Below, in pieces: positions 50,001-59,915 of a stretch of DNA of 64,000 nt. Origin of the DNA: an uncultured bacterium (GTDB lineage: Bacteria > JAGOEH01); the NCBI GenBank assembly GCA_964632485.1, contig CAZWDO010000004.1, positions 1 through 64,000 of the forward strand, read 5' to 3'. The position numbers and the translations under genes were made by a program. The notes under the pieces were generated by a model. That model was not told the DNA's origin. It worked only from the letters and a program-made list of their open reading frames with translations, and made no database searches. Each line of letters begins with the position of its first letter. Position 1 is the stretch's first letter.

Positions 50001-50116
50001 ACTGGCGGTTTAAACCTGCCGCGCTTCCTCAAAAATTGTCCAGTGGCATCTATCTTCTGCGTTTTGCTCAAAAAGGAACTCCCCCACTTACAAAAAAAAT
50101 TATGTATATCGAATGA
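47060..50116 (+). CDS. S8 subtilase (bacillopeptidase F-like) with FN3 and accessory domains and T9SS-type C-terminal domain
   Basis: Catalytic triad NIDNGVD / GHGTHT / GTSMASPH, FSAGN; C-terminal PNPFS...FNLLGE...SSGIYL. Confidence 0.93.
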   Translation: MNSHKQSVAIFILLLMGLNLTRAESAGSNTSNFVRCWILFDRQIGPDFQPVHSRNPIEKGQRFQQFVHTLQDISTQSRIDFLPLLESAKTEKQINSWEFFWIVNAVLVDGQPIFFEKLKNYPNIRSIVPDRLLTMPHPIRKQLPSLLKTNKGHETSLDIIGVPELWAMGITGAGRLVMNIDNGVDGNHPQLSARWRGLSVSPSAAWYDPSWGSMFPEDRTDPSKLSWGHGTHTMATLAGCDPLSGDTVGVAIEAEWIAANAISGGNPHTSRTISAFQWAIDPDEDPATISDRPDVINCSWYDGNDTLDFCDENSIYRLAFQVLEAADITVIFSAGNQGNADSTISQPAGIVIDSLNTFCVGNLNGAAYLEGHPDPIFSQSSHGPSSCPVQGALAFKPETVAPGTDIRSAVPGGSYQLMTGTSMASPHVAGLIALLKQICPERSGREIKSAIYETAIDLGINGEDNTYGRGLINAPAALRRLIPPDTIPPEIIVSLSAEQIFSHSIALKWQAPTDTSRWGVRGYDCRYSHSPITDSTSFSQATIIENLPTPALPGEWQSLVVTNLEADLDYYFCITSLDLWGNRSPLSNSLSVHTLGMPILSVFPDSFSVTSPIPQVDSDTFLITNTSHNPSALTYQININYTEMPFTLTRNTKSSTESYIWRDSRQSGGPHWEWRDISMNGKKLTDWKNIRANYLPKDEGFLGPVDLPFPFPFYDKMVNKIYISSNGFICFDSLTTITSQNKPIPDSSSPNGIIAGFWDDLHGREEGELFFKADLQECIIQYSNWSRYTAGSGTLTFQISLYPSGRIRFYYKTVEGTLNSATIGLESQSGNAGVPIAYNQSFVDNELVVSIQAAPNWLQLSQTEGVLQQSQTDTLILAYRLDDLQSGDYKANLIIHTNDSSMNQFDLPVRLYYRPTLMGESWIIPASCRLDWIAIPNPFSEVTQIHYYSGCSAEIQIILFNLLGEQLEQWTIWPPGRGWHYWRFKPAALPQKLSSGIYLLRFAQKGTPPLTKKIMYIE

Positions 50117-50194
50117 CAAATACCATAAAAAATTGCCCGATAGAATCAAACAATCCAGGGCTACCATGAACCACTCATCCCCGGGAACTAAAAA

Positions 50195-51295
50195 TTGAAA
50201 TTACCGCTCGCGCCTGTTGGAAAGCTCAAATATCTATCTTTAAGCGCGCTGATCATTGTACTTATCCTCAGCAAAATCACTTGTCGCGACAATGGCAAAA
50301 AAGATCCCATCATAGGAATCAAGCTTTATCAATCGATACAACTCAATGACTCGCTCTATTGGCAATGGGAGGAATTAGGGATCAATACTGTTTTTAGCAG
50401 CCATACTTCAATCACTGACAAGGAGCTTATTCCCGATTTGCGTCGGCATGGGATGCGGATATTTATAATTGTACCCATCTATTTTGACGCTGAATTATTA
50501 GCGCAGGATCCCTCCTATTATTCGATTCGGGGAAATGATCGCCGGGCCTGGGAAGATTGGGTAGCATTTGTATCACCTTTCCATGAAGGCTACCGCCGCC
50601 AAAAAATTAAGTTGATCCGGGATTTGGTCCGTCAATATCAACCCGATGGGATTAGTCTGGATTTTCTTCGTTTTTTCGTTTTCTGGGAACGTATCCGACC
50701 CGGAGACACTCTGAAAATAGAGGAATATTCATGTTTTACACCTTCAGCCATCGAAAACTTTGAATCTTGGCTGGGGCAAAAAATTCCAATCCCGCCCGAT
50801 TCAATCCGCCAGCTCTCCGCCTATATCGCGCTAAACCACAGCCAGGCATGGCAGGATTGGAAGTGTCATACGATCGCCGTAATGACGGAACAAATCGTTG
50901 ATGCCGCCAAAAAAGTAAAAACCGATTTATTAATCAATTACCATATAATTCCTTGGCGCAGAGATGAATATAATTCAGCAATCATGGCCATTGCCGGCCA
51001 GGATATCCGTCAAATTTCCCCTTTTGTCGATTTTTTTTCACCGATGTGTTATGTAGATATTCTTGAGCGCTCCCCATTATGGATCGATTCTTTGCTGGAA
51101 GATATGGCGCAAAATACTTCAAAACCCATCATTCCAAACATTGAAGCGCTGGATGATAGCCGTTTTGATGAAACTCTCCGCCGAAGTTTGGCCTCCCCCT
51201 CTTCCAGCGTCATCCTATGGTACTGGGAAAAGCTGATTCAGAGTTCAAACGCCCAATCCACTCTGAAAAAATATCGAAACCTCATTCGGAAATAA
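50195..51295 (+). CDS. Putative glycoside-hydrolase-like TIM-barrel protein
   Basis: LGINTVF, YQPDGISLDFLRF, GQD, VDFFSPMCY resemble GHL10/DUF4015-type barrels; start uncertain. Confidence 0.6.
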   Translation: MKLPLAPVGKLKYLSLSALIIVLILSKITCRDNGKKDPIIGIKLYQSIQLNDSLYWQWEELGINTVFSSHTSITDKELIPDLRRHGMRIFIIVPIYFDAELLAQDPSYYSIRGNDRRAWEDWVAFVSPFHEGYRRQKIKLIRDLVRQYQPDGISLDFLRFFVFWERIRPGDTLKIEEYSCFTPSAIENFESWLGQKIPIPPDSIRQLSAYIALNHSQAWQDWKCHTIAVMTEQIVDAAKKVKTDLLINYHIIPWRRDEYNSAIMAIAGQDIRQISPFVDFFSPMCYVDILERSPLWIDSLLEDMAQNTSKPIIPNIEALDDSRFDETLRRSLASPSSSVILWYWEKLIQSSNAQSTLKKYRNLIRK

Positions 51296-51773
51296 CCTCA
51301 ACGCCGCTCACTTTCAAAACAATATTTTTTATCAGCACACCATCAAATAGTTGAGAATTGCGATTATTTTCAAAGACAACCGCTAATACATGCTGGTTAT
51401 CAAAAAAAAAGTTTGAAATAGCAATTTCCCGGTAAATATAAGAGCTCGAATTGGAGCCGGAAACAATATCTACAATCTGCCCATTGATTCTAACATTCAT
51501 GCTGACCATATCCAATTTATAACCAAAAAGTGGGTCAATATCAATAAAATCAAAAGACAACTGTGCGGACCGAATTGATTGGTAATTTTTTAGATCAAAA
51601 ATTACAACCCGCGATTTCAGCGCATCCGCATTCAAGGATTCAGAACCCGGCAAATAAAACAGATCCCAGCGTTCCTGTTGGAAAACGCCTGGAATCGTAT
51701 CCTCATTTGCAATAATTCGCATATTCATCAGACTAAGCGCGCAGATCAGCAGAAAATAAAAACGTGTTTGCAT
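51282..51773 (-). CDS. Hypothetical exported beta-rich protein
   Basis: Signal peptide, AAGGAG SD, 163 aa. Confidence 0.6.
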   Translation of the reverse strand: MQTRFYFLLICALSLMNMRIIANEDTIPGVFQQERWDLFYLPGSESLNADALKSRVVIFDLKNYQSIRSAQLSFDFIDIDPLFGYKLDMVSMNVRINGQIVDIVSGSNSSSYIYREIAISNFFFDNQHVLAVVFENNRNSQLFDGVLIKNIVLKVSGVEVISE

Positions 51774-51941
51774 CGCATCACTCCTTTGGATTATTTGTCA
51801 AGCTAATTTTCAGATTTCATTCCACTCATGTACAAATGGATACTTCATTCTTTATACTATATTTCATTGCTTTTGTCAATTCTTTTTTAATAAACCCATT
51901 GGCCAATCCTAAAAAAATAGAGACCGCCATTCGATTCTCTA

Positions 51942-51970
51942 TTGACTTTTTATAGTGTTTATATTAATAT
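51942..51970 (+). promoter_or_regulatory. sigma70-type promoter of the aro operon
   Basis: TTGACT-17 bp-TAATAT. Confidence 0.55.
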
Positions 51971-52016
51971 GGTATCTTAAATTGACTGCTTGTCAACTTC
52001 ATAACTCAGAACTACA

Positions 52017-52853
52017 ATGGGAGATGCAACAATGAAGAATTTAAAATTGGTAAGCCGGAGCAATCGAGAACGCACGGTAATAAAAATTGGCGACGTCGAA
52101 ATCGGCAAGGAATTTGTAGTAATTGCCGGTCCATGCAGCGTCGAAAGTGAAGAGCAAATGGTACAGACTGCCCAGGCAGTCAAACGAGCAGGGGCGCGTA
52201 TGTTGCGGGGAGGCGCTTTTAAACCCCGCACTTCCCCTTATGCATTTCAGGGGCTGGGATTGAAAGGGTTGAAAATCCTCGATATTGCCCGTAAGGAAAC
52301 AGGATTACCATTTGTTACAGAGGTCCTGGACACTCGGGATGTATCCTGGGTATGCGAATATGCCGATGTTATTCAGATCGGCGCTCGTAATATGCAAAAT
52401 TTTTCGCTTCTTAAAGAAGTCGGACGCTCCAACAAACCGGTGTTGCTCAAGCGTGGAATGTACTCTACAATCGAAGAATGGCTCAATTGCGCCGAATATA
52501 TTCTTTATGAAGGGAATCCCAACGTAATTCTTGGAGAACGTGGGATTCGAACATTTGAGACTTACACACGCAACACCTTAGATTTAAGCGCCATTCCGGC
52601 CGTAAAAGAGCTTTCCCACTTACCGGTAATTGTTGACCCGACTCATTCTACCGGCAGGATTTCTCTGATTGAACCCATGTCATTAGCCGCCGTGGCGTCT
52701 AATGTGGATGGACTGATTATCGAAGTCCATTATAACCCTTGCGAAGCCCTTTGCGATAAAGACCAGGCATTGACGCCTGATCAGTTCACTGTTATCATGG
52801 ATAAAGTCACTAAAATGAGGCATTTCATGGAGGAACAGGGTTGGCTGGGATAG
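52017..52853 (+). CDS. aroF: DAHP synthase type I-beta (catalytic domain only)
   Basis: [41 protein letters not shown]; start may be ATG 52032. Confidence 0.95.
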   Translation: MGDATMKNLKLVSRSNRERTVIKIGDVEIGKEFVVIAGPCSVESEEQMVQTAQAVKRAGARMLRGGAFKPRTSPYAFQGLGLKGLKILDIARKETGLPFVTEVLDTRDVSWVCEYADVIQIGARNMQNFSLLKEVGRSNKPVLLKRGMYSTIEEWLNCAEYILYEGNPNVILGERGIRTFETYTRNTLDLSAIPAVKELSHLPVIVDPTHSTGRISLIEPMSLAAVASNVDGLIIEVHYNPCEALCDKDQALTPDQFTVIMDKVTKMRHFMEEQGWLG

Positions 52854-54166
52854 ATCACTCCCTCTTAGGCGTTGTCGGCAATCCGATTCTTTTTAGTAAA
52901 AGTCCCGATATTTTCAATTATCTGTTCGAAAAAAATAAAATGCCTTATCGCTATACTCGCCTGGCAGCCGAAACGCAGCAGGAAATCGGAGAATTTTTAA
53001 ACCAACTCCCCCTGCTTGGTATCAATATTACACACCCCTTTAAAGAGGAAGTGGTCCCTTTATGCCAACAATTGAGCGCTGAGGCTGCTATTCTTGATAA
53101 AGTCAATACTATGGTTCGCCAAATAGACAATACATTTTGGGGCGCAAATACCGATATTTTTGGTGTCGAAGAGACTTTAAAGGCTCATCACTTAGAGATT
53201 AGCGGAAAAGAAGCGCTAATCCTGGGAGCGGGTGGGGCAGCGGAATCCGCTGTGTTTACAATCCATAAATTGGGAGGCGCCCCCCTAATAGCCAATCGCA
53301 CGTTATCTAAAGCCCAACAATTGGCTCAGCGGTTTCACGGACGCGCTATCAAGTTAGACGAGATTAAGCAGATTTTGCCCACGATTTCCCTGATTATCAA
53401 CACATTGCCCGGGAAGTGTTCGCTATTCCCTGCAGAATGGCTTTGTGACAAGCATCTCCTTTTTAATGCCAGCTATCAATCCTCCCCATTTTCAGACACG
53501 GCTCAGGCTCGGGGATGCCGTATAATTGACGGACGAATCTGGCTTTGCGCGCAAGCCCAAAAAGGATTCAATATCTTTTTCCCAAACACGGATATTCCTC
53601 CACTACAAGAATTCATGCTCGGTTTTGACCAGGCAGACCGTATCCGGGAACAAAAAAAACAAATTGCCTTGATCGGATTTATGGGCGCCGGAAAAAGTGT
53701 CTGCGGACGCCTGCTATCCTCCCGTTTAAATTTACCTTTTGTCGATTTAGACACGGCTATCGAAAACACCGCCGGCAGGACGATTGAGCAAATTTTCCAA
53801 CTCAATGGAGAAACGTATTTCAGGGAAATAGAGCATCAACTTTTAGCTGAACAATTAAATGGCGTTTCCAAAGTAATCGCTTGCGGCGGCGGTATATGCC
53901 AAAACGAGAAAAACCGCCAACTTCTTCAGGCAAAATGCCGGGTCATCTGGCTATGGGCGCCTTTTAACCTCTTGCAAAAAAGAATCCAGGAAGATTCATC
54001 CTTAGTCAGACCCTTGGCGCGCCAGCCGGAACTCAAACTTAAAGCATTATATCACGATCGCTTAGAAAATTACGCGCATAGCGCCGATTTGATTATATCC
54101 AGTGGAATCCGGCAACCTGAAAATATCATGGAGCATCTTTATGCAGAATTATCTACACTATTCTGA
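52841..54166 (+). CDS. Shikimate dehydrogenase-shikimate kinase fusion (AroE-AroK)
   Basis: SKSP, NITHPFK, NTD, GAGGAA, NRT; then [22 protein letters not shown]. Confidence 0.92.
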   Translation: MAGIDHSLLGVVGNPILFSKSPDIFNYLFEKNKMPYRYTRLAAETQQEIGEFLNQLPLLGINITHPFKEEVVPLCQQLSAEAAILDKVNTMVRQIDNTFWGANTDIFGVEETLKAHHLEISGKEALILGAGGAAESAVFTIHKLGGAPLIANRTLSKAQQLAQRFHGRAIKLDEIKQILPTISLIINTLPGKCSLFPAEWLCDKHLLFNASYQSSPFSDTAQARGCRIIDGRIWLCAQAQKGFNIFFPNTDIPPLQEFMLGFDQADRIREQKKQIALIGFMGAGKSVCGRLLSSRLNLPFVDLDTAIENTAGRTIEQIFQLNGETYFREIEHQLLAEQLNGVSKVIACGGGICQNEKNRQLLQAKCRVIWLWAPFNLLQKRIQEDSSLVRPLARQPELKLKALYHDRLENYAHSADLIISSGIRQPENIMEHLYAELSTLF

Positions 54167-55403
54167 GCTGGAAGGGATTATCTCGGCGCCAGGCTCGAAA
54201 AGCTATATGCAGCGGGCATTGCTGGCTGGATTACTGGCCGGGGGAGAAACGATTCTCCGTTCACCGTCAATTTGCGATGATACTATAGCTTGCCGCCAGG
54301 CATGCGAAGCGCTTGGACTTAAAATTATTGAAGAACATGATTTATGGCGTTTAAAACGCGACCGGTTTCATCGGGCCGAAGAACTCCATTGCGGCGAATC
54401 GGGGCTTTGCCTTCGCATGATGAGTCCAGTAGCCGCTCTCTTCGATTGGCCCATTCTTCTGACTGGAAAAGGAACTTTAAAAACCCGCCCTATGTCCATG
54501 CTGGTTGAACCTCTCACAAAACTGGGAGCTAATTGCTCACTTAACGATCAGTTCCTCCCTATCCATATTCGGGGACCTTTACAGGGTGGAAACATCACCA
54601 TCGACGGGAGCAGCAGTTCACAATTTCTAACCGGTTTATTAATGGCATTGCCTCTGATTGAACACGACTCTCATATTCAAGCGCTCAATCTTAAAAGTAC
54701 TCCCTACATCGACATGACACTCAACATACTGAATAAATTTTCTATCTGGCTCAAGCATCTACAATATAAAGATTTTTTTATATCAGGCAGACAGCAATAT
54801 TGCGCCGCCGATATTACAATAGAAGGCGATTGGTCGGGAGCGGCATTTCTTTTAGTAGCAGGCGCTATTGCCGGAAAGATTACCATTACAGGACTAAATC
54901 CTCATTCACTCCAGGCGGATCGGGCCATTATAACAGCTCTCCAACTGGCGCGGGGGAATTTCGCTTATAACGACCAGAATCAACTAATAATCGAACCATC
55001 AACTCTCAAGGGTTTTGAATTTGATGCCTCTGATTGTCCTGACCTGTTTCCCCCGCTTACTGTCCTGGCTCTGCATTGTCAAGGAATCTCTCGAATTTAC
55101 GGTACCAACCGTTTAAAATATAAAGAATCGGACAGAGCGTTCGCGCTGGTTTATGAATTTAGCCGTTTAGGGGGCCAGATTATTCAAAAGGATAATTATA
55201 TTGAAATAGAAGGGAACCGTCCCCTTGCCGGAGAAATCAATTCGCATCACGACCATCGGATTGCTATGGCAGGCGCCATCGCCGGATTGCGTTCAAAAAA
55301 AGGCATTCGGATACTCAACAGTGAAGCCGTATCCAAATCCTATCCCAAATTTTTTGAGGATTTAAAAAAACTGAACGCAACTCTCTTTTGGGAGGAAGAA
55401 TGA
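54141..55403 (+). CDS. aroA: EPSP synthase
   Basis: PGSKS, CGESG, RPM, SSQFLTGL, DCPDL, KESDR, DHRIAM, KSYPKF. Confidence 0.97.
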   Translation: MQNYLHYSELEGIISAPGSKSYMQRALLAGLLAGGETILRSPSICDDTIACRQACEALGLKIIEEHDLWRLKRDRFHRAEELHCGESGLCLRMMSPVAALFDWPILLTGKGTLKTRPMSMLVEPLTKLGANCSLNDQFLPIHIRGPLQGGNITIDGSSSSQFLTGLLMALPLIEHDSHIQALNLKSTPYIDMTLNILNKFSIWLKHLQYKDFFISGRQQYCAADITIEGDWSGAAFLLVAGAIAGKITITGLNPHSLQADRAIITALQLARGNFAYNDQNQLIIEPSTLKGFEFDASDCPDLFPPLTVLALHCQGISRIYGTNRLKYKESDRAFALVYEFSRLGGQIIQKDNYIEIEGNRPLAGEINSHHDHRIAMAGAIAGLRSKKGIRILNSEAVSKSYPKFFEDLKKLNATLFWEEE

Positions 55404-56398
55404 ATCAATTTGGGCGAATCTTTTCGGTTATGCTTGCTGGAGAATCCCATGGCCCGGGTATCATTGTTATGATCGATGGCTGCCCGGCGGGAATTCCGCT
55501 TACAATTACCGATTTCCACGAAGATTTGGCGCGGCGACGCCCCGGAGAAACGGGAACGACCCCCCGCATTGAAACGGATCCGATTCAATTTATCAGCGGA
55601 ATCTTTAACGGAACAAGTACCGGTTCACCCATTACCCTATTTTGTCCCAACGGAAACACCCGTTCCGATGATTATGCCCATCTAATCGAACACCCTCGCC
55701 CCGGGCATGCCGATTGGGTCGCGCGCGAGAAATATCAAAATTTCCAGGATTATCGCGGCGGGGGGCATTTTTCCGGTCGAATTAGCTTAGCGCGGGTACT
55801 AGCCGGCTGTATCGCAAAAAAAATCATTGGCCCTGTAAAAATTGAAGCGCGGCTGATCAGCGCCGGGGGAAGCACCGATATCGAATCGGAAATTGCTCAA
55901 GCCTCCAGCAAGGGTGATTCGGTTGGAGGCATCATTGAATGCATCATCCCCAATCCTCCCATTGGTCTTGGCGAACCATTTTTCGATTCTATCGAATCTT
56001 TGATTTCTCATGCTGTTTTTGCTATCCCGGGAATTAAAGGCATTGAATTTGGGTCAGGCTTCAATTGCGCCTGCATGCCAGGCAGCGAATGCAACGATCC
56101 CATCATTAACGACCAGGGGCAAACTGCAACCAATCATGCAGGCGGTATCAACGGCGGTATTTCCAATGGCAATCCCATCGTTTTCCGTATTGCCGTCAAA
56201 CCCACAGCCAGCCTGTCGCGTGAGCAACTCTCCTGGCACATGAGCCACCATCAAATCGAATCCCTGAAAATAAAAGGCCGCCACGATATCTGCTTCGCCC
56301 GACGCGTGCCGGTAGTTGTTGAAGCTGTTACCGCTTTTGTTTTAGCCGATCTTTGGCTTATTCGACAAACTCAATTAACGGAAAGGAATGAAAAATGA
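55400..56398 (+). CDS. aroC: Chorismate synthase
   Basis: GESHG, RRRPG, RPGHAD, GGGHFSGR, GGINGGISNG, GRHD. Confidence 0.97.
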   Translation: MNQFGRIFSVMLAGESHGPGIIVMIDGCPAGIPLTITDFHEDLARRRPGETGTTPRIETDPIQFISGIFNGTSTGSPITLFCPNGNTRSDDYAHLIEHPRPGHADWVAREKYQNFQDYRGGGHFSGRISLARVLAGCIAKKIIGPVKIEARLISAGGSTDIESEIAQASSKGDSVGGIIECIIPNPPIGLGEPFFDSIESLISHAVFAIPGIKGIEFGSGFNCACMPGSECNDPIINDQGQTATNHAGGINGGISNGNPIVFRIAVKPTASLSREQLSWHMSHHQIESLKIKGRHDICFARRVPVVVEAVTAFVLADLWLIRQTQLTERNEK

Positions 56399-57450
56399 AT
56401 TTAGAAGATATTCGCACCCGCATTGATCGCTTAGATCATGAATTATTGAAAATCCTCAGTGAACGTATGGAATATGCCTTACAAGCGCGAAAATTTAAAT
56501 CACAAGTCGAAGATTCCACCCGAGAAGAACAAGTCCTAAAAAATCTTAAAAAATATACGATTGGAATAATGGACGCCGATTTCTACGAAAAACTATTTCG
56601 TGAAATTATCCAGGAAAGTAAACGGCTGCAAAACAAAGAGTATCGATTAATAGGATTCCAAGGAAAACATGGCGCGCATAGTGAAGTCGCTGCGCGTGAA
56701 TGGAATAGTGAATTAATTCCAATCCCATGCCGGGAATTTGCTGACGTATTTATTCAGGTCAGCCAGAGTGGATTGGATTTCGGTATTGTACCGGTTGAAA
56801 ACACGTTAGGTGGTGTTGTGGGCGATGTGAACGATCTGCTGATTGAAACCAATCTGAAAATATTTGCAGAAATCGAAATACCGATCCATCATTGCCTGCT
56901 GATAACTGGCGAAACCGATTACCGAGAAATCCGCGACGTCTATTCCCATCCCCAGGCATTGTTCCAATGTCGTAATTTTCTTGAACGCAACCATCTCGAG
57001 CCGGTACCCTATTATGATACGGCCGGCGCTGCGCGGATGTTATCCGAAGAACGCCCCAAAGCGACTGCCGTTATCGCCAGCCATCTCTGCGCCGAACTCT
57101 ATGATCTGGAAATTATCAAGGAAAATATCGAAGACCATGAAATCAACCGAACTCGTTTTCTAATTCTCGCCCGGGAAGAATCTCCCCAGGAAGGCAATAA
57201 ATGTTCGATCGTATTTTCCACCGCTCATAAAGCTGGCACCTTATTCAGGGTATTGGAACGTTTCGCTCAGGAAAATATTAATTTAACCCGGATCGAATCG
57301 ATTCCCGACAAACCCGGTTCTTTTGCTTTTTTTCTTGATTTCCAGGGAAATAAAAATGATGAGCCCATTCAACGTATTCTGAAGGATGTTGAGGTAATGA
57401 CTAATAATTATAAATTCCTGGGTTGCTATCTCGGAAGGAGCTCTCAATGA
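56395..57450 (+). CDS. pheA: Chorismate mutase/prephenate dehydratase (P-protein)
   Basis: AroQ domain (IRTRIDRLD), PVEN, SHPQA, NRTRF, ACT domain INLTRIES. Confidence 0.96.
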   Translation: MNLEDIRTRIDRLDHELLKILSERMEYALQARKFKSQVEDSTREEQVLKNLKKYTIGIMDADFYEKLFREIIQESKRLQNKEYRLIGFQGKHGAHSEVAAREWNSELIPIPCREFADVFIQVSQSGLDFGIVPVENTLGGVVGDVNDLLIETNLKIFAEIEIPIHHCLLITGETDYREIRDVYSHPQALFQCRNFLERNHLEPVPYYDTAGAARMLSEERPKATAVIASHLCAELYDLEIIKENIEDHEINRTRFLILAREESPQEGNKCSIVFSTAHKAGTLFRVLERFAQENINLTRIESIPDKPGSFAFFLDFQGNKNDEPIQRILKDVEVMTNNYKFLGCYLGRSSQ

Positions 57451-58232
57451 AAATCGCGCTGTTAGGGTTAGGCGCTATTGGAAGTTGGTTTGCCCATGAA
57501 CTGGCTAAGTATAACGAAGTTTATGTCTATGATATTAATCCGCAAATAGTTTCCCGGTTCGAAGCCTGCAAGCCAATTAACAAACTGGAAGACTTGAAAA
57601 CGATACGCCCTGAAATGGTACTTAACGCGGTTAGCTTAAATCAGACCATTTCAGTGTTTCGCTCTATTATCCAATATCTGGAGCCGAACTGTACGTTAGT
57701 GGACGTAGCATCCGTTAAGGTCGGCTTACAGGAATTTTACAGTACCGTCCAACAGCCTTTTGTATCGATCCATCCGATGTTCGGCCCCACTTTTGCCGAC
57801 CTGCATCACCTAATTGAGGAGAATGCGGTCATTATTACAGAATCGGACGATAACGGAGTTCGCTTTTTCCGTGATTTTTTCCAACGCTTCCATTTGAATC
57901 TCTATGAGTATTCGTTTGTCGAACATGACCAGGTTATCGCCTATTCATTATCGATTCCTTTTATATCCACCATGGTATTTGCCGGATGCATGAATAACCA
58001 GGCAGTTCCTGGCACGACTTTTAAAAAGCATCTTGCAATTGCCAAGGGATTGCTTTCAGAAACGGATGAATTACTTTGCGAGATTCTATTCAACCCGAAT
58101 ACAATCACCCAGGTTGAAAAAATTAATGCCCGGCTGAGCTATTTAATCCATATCATTAAAGATCGTGATTTCGAGGAAATGCAAAAATTTTTAAAAGGAT
58201 TGCGCTCAAATATTTTACAGCCGCCGAAATAA
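57447..58232 (+). CDS. tyrA: Prephenate dehydrogenase
   Basis: GLGAIG, DVASVK, HPMFGP, EHD. Confidence 0.92.
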   Translation: MKIALLGLGAIGSWFAHELAKYNEVYVYDINPQIVSRFEACKPINKLEDLKTIRPEMVLNAVSLNQTISVFRSIIQYLEPNCTLVDVASVKVGLQEFYSTVQQPFVSIHPMFGPTFADLHHLIEENAVIITESDDNGVRFFRDFFQRFHLNLYEYSFVEHDQVIAYSLSIPFISTMVFAGCMNNQAVPGTTFKKHLAIAKGLLSETDELLCEILFNPNTITQVEKINARLSYLIHIIKDRDFEEMQKFLKGLRSNILQPPK

Positions 58233-58390
58233 ATTCTGTTGTAACCTCTTCCCGAAGTTGGAGAGATCTGAATCCATCATTCAATAACTAACGGGATCAT
58301 TTTAAAAACCAATAGTTTCCGTGACCTTGTTCTCCGATTTTAGATGGCTGAACGAAGCCCGGAATGGCAAACCGGAAGCGGCTTTTGTAG

Positions 58391-58418
58391 CTGACTTGCG
58401 AAGTCAGAATCTTGTTTT
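58391..58418 (+). terminator. Probable terminator hairpin between convergent tyrA and leuB
   Basis: CTGACTT-gcg-AAGTCAG followed by a T-rich tract. Confidence 0.45.
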
Positions 58419-58425
58419 AATTCTT

Positions 58426-59502
58426 TTAAATCCGTTTGACGACTTCTTCTGCCATTTGCCGAGTGCCGACAGCCAAACCTTTCATCTGCAGATCAATGGT
58501 ATGTAAGCCACAGTCCAGGACGCTGAAAATAGCTGCTTTAATTTTATTCGACCATTCAACCATATCGAACGAATACTCTAACATCATGGCAAAACTAAGG
58601 ATTGTTGCTAAAGGATTCGCTTTGTTCTGGCCAGCGATGTCGGGAGCCGAACCATGAATGGGTTCGTAAAGCCCAAACCGATCCTCCCGTAAACTGGCAG
58701 AGGGTAACATGCCAATTGAACCAGTCAGCATGGAAGCCTCGTCGCTAAGAATATCTCCAAACAAATTCCCGGTTAAAATCACGTCAAACTGACACGGATT
58801 ACGCACTAACTGCATGGCCGCATTATCCACATACATGTGTTCCAACGCGATTTTGGGGTAATCCTGATGAACCCTGGACACAACTTCCCGCCAGAGACGC
58901 GAGGTTTCCAATACATTGGCTTTGTCCACCGAGGTCACTTTTCCCCGGCGCAAACCAGCCAAACGAAACGCAACCCGCGCAACCCGATCGATTTCCGTTG
59001 TACTATAAGTCATCTCATCGGACGCCCGAAACTCATTTTCTGAGACACATATCCGTTTTTTATCGCCAAAATACACATCACCCGTCAATTCGCGAACGAC
59101 CAGCAGGTCCAGTTGATCACCTAATAATTCAGCTTTAAGCGAGCTGGCATCTCTTAATTGGGGAAACAAGATAGCTGGGCGCAAATTGGCAAACACCCCT
59201 AAAGCCTGACGGATGCGTAATAATCCCTTTTCCGGGCGCTGGGAGGGTGGAAGATGATCCCATTGAGGACCTCCAACCGCGCCTAATAGAACACTATCAC
59301 TCGCGCGACAAGCAATTAATGTCTCCTCCGGTAGAGGATTAGATGTTTGATCCACCGCCGCGCCACCCATCAATTGCGTATTTAAAACAAATTTTATTCT
59401 GGAAAGCTGACTTACCCGTTCGATGACCAAGCGGGTCGCATCGATAATCTCCGGTCCGATTCCATCACCCGGTAAAAGCGTAATATGAAATTCTTTCGCC
59501 AT
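58426..59502 (-). CDS. leuB: 3-isopropylmalate dehydrogenase
   Basis: [62 protein letters not shown]. Confidence 0.95.
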   Translation of the reverse strand: MAKEFHITLLPGDGIGPEIIDATRLVIERVSQLSRIKFVLNTQLMGGAAVDQTSNPLPEETLIACRASDSVLLGAVGGPQWDHLPPSQRPEKGLLRIRQALGVFANLRPAILFPQLRDASSLKAELLGDQLDLLVVRELTGDVYFGDKKRICVSENEFRASDEMTYSTTEIDRVARVAFRLAGLRRGKVTSVDKANVLETSRLWREVVSRVHQDYPKIALEHMYVDNAAMQLVRNPCQFDVILTGNLFGDILSDEASMLTGSIGMLPSASLREDRFGLYEPIHGSAPDIAGQNKANPLATILSFAMMLEYSFDMVEWSNKIKAAIFSVLDCGLHTIDLQMKGLAVGTRQMAEEVVKRI

Positions 59503-59569
59503 CGGATTCTCCTTTTTTATCATGTTTAACAGATAGTAATCAATAATACCGTGTCATCAAATTTTAATA

Positions 59570-59598
59570 AGTATAATAAATTTTTGACTTCATGTCAA
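59570..59598 (-). promoter_or_regulatory. sigma70-type promoter of leuB
   Basis: TTGACA-17 bp-TATACT on the minus strand. Confidence 0.65.
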
Positions 59599-59915
59599 TA
59601 TTAAATTTACATAATATCTGTCCAAACATCCCATTTTTAATTCATCCAGAGTTGAATTTGGCAAGGCAAAATCTATCAGATTGCTATACCAGCTACTTTA
59701 AGCAGAGTTACTTCATATTGTCTTTCATGACACATTCATAGATTCACCTAAATTTTAAAAATCAGCTTAACGCTGGAGGTTTACATTGCTCCCCAAAATT
59801 TTTCGCTTGTATTTCCGCGTAAATGGCATTATATATAAAATTAAACCACGGACCTCTTACCCACCACCGACAGGATACAAGTTTCCTTTTTTTTTCTGAA
59901 ATAAGGTAGGGAATC

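Noticed and set aside
59658-59685. sigma54 promoter (TTGGCA...TTGC)
   Set aside because: The GG-to-GC spacing does not fit the -24/-12 pattern.
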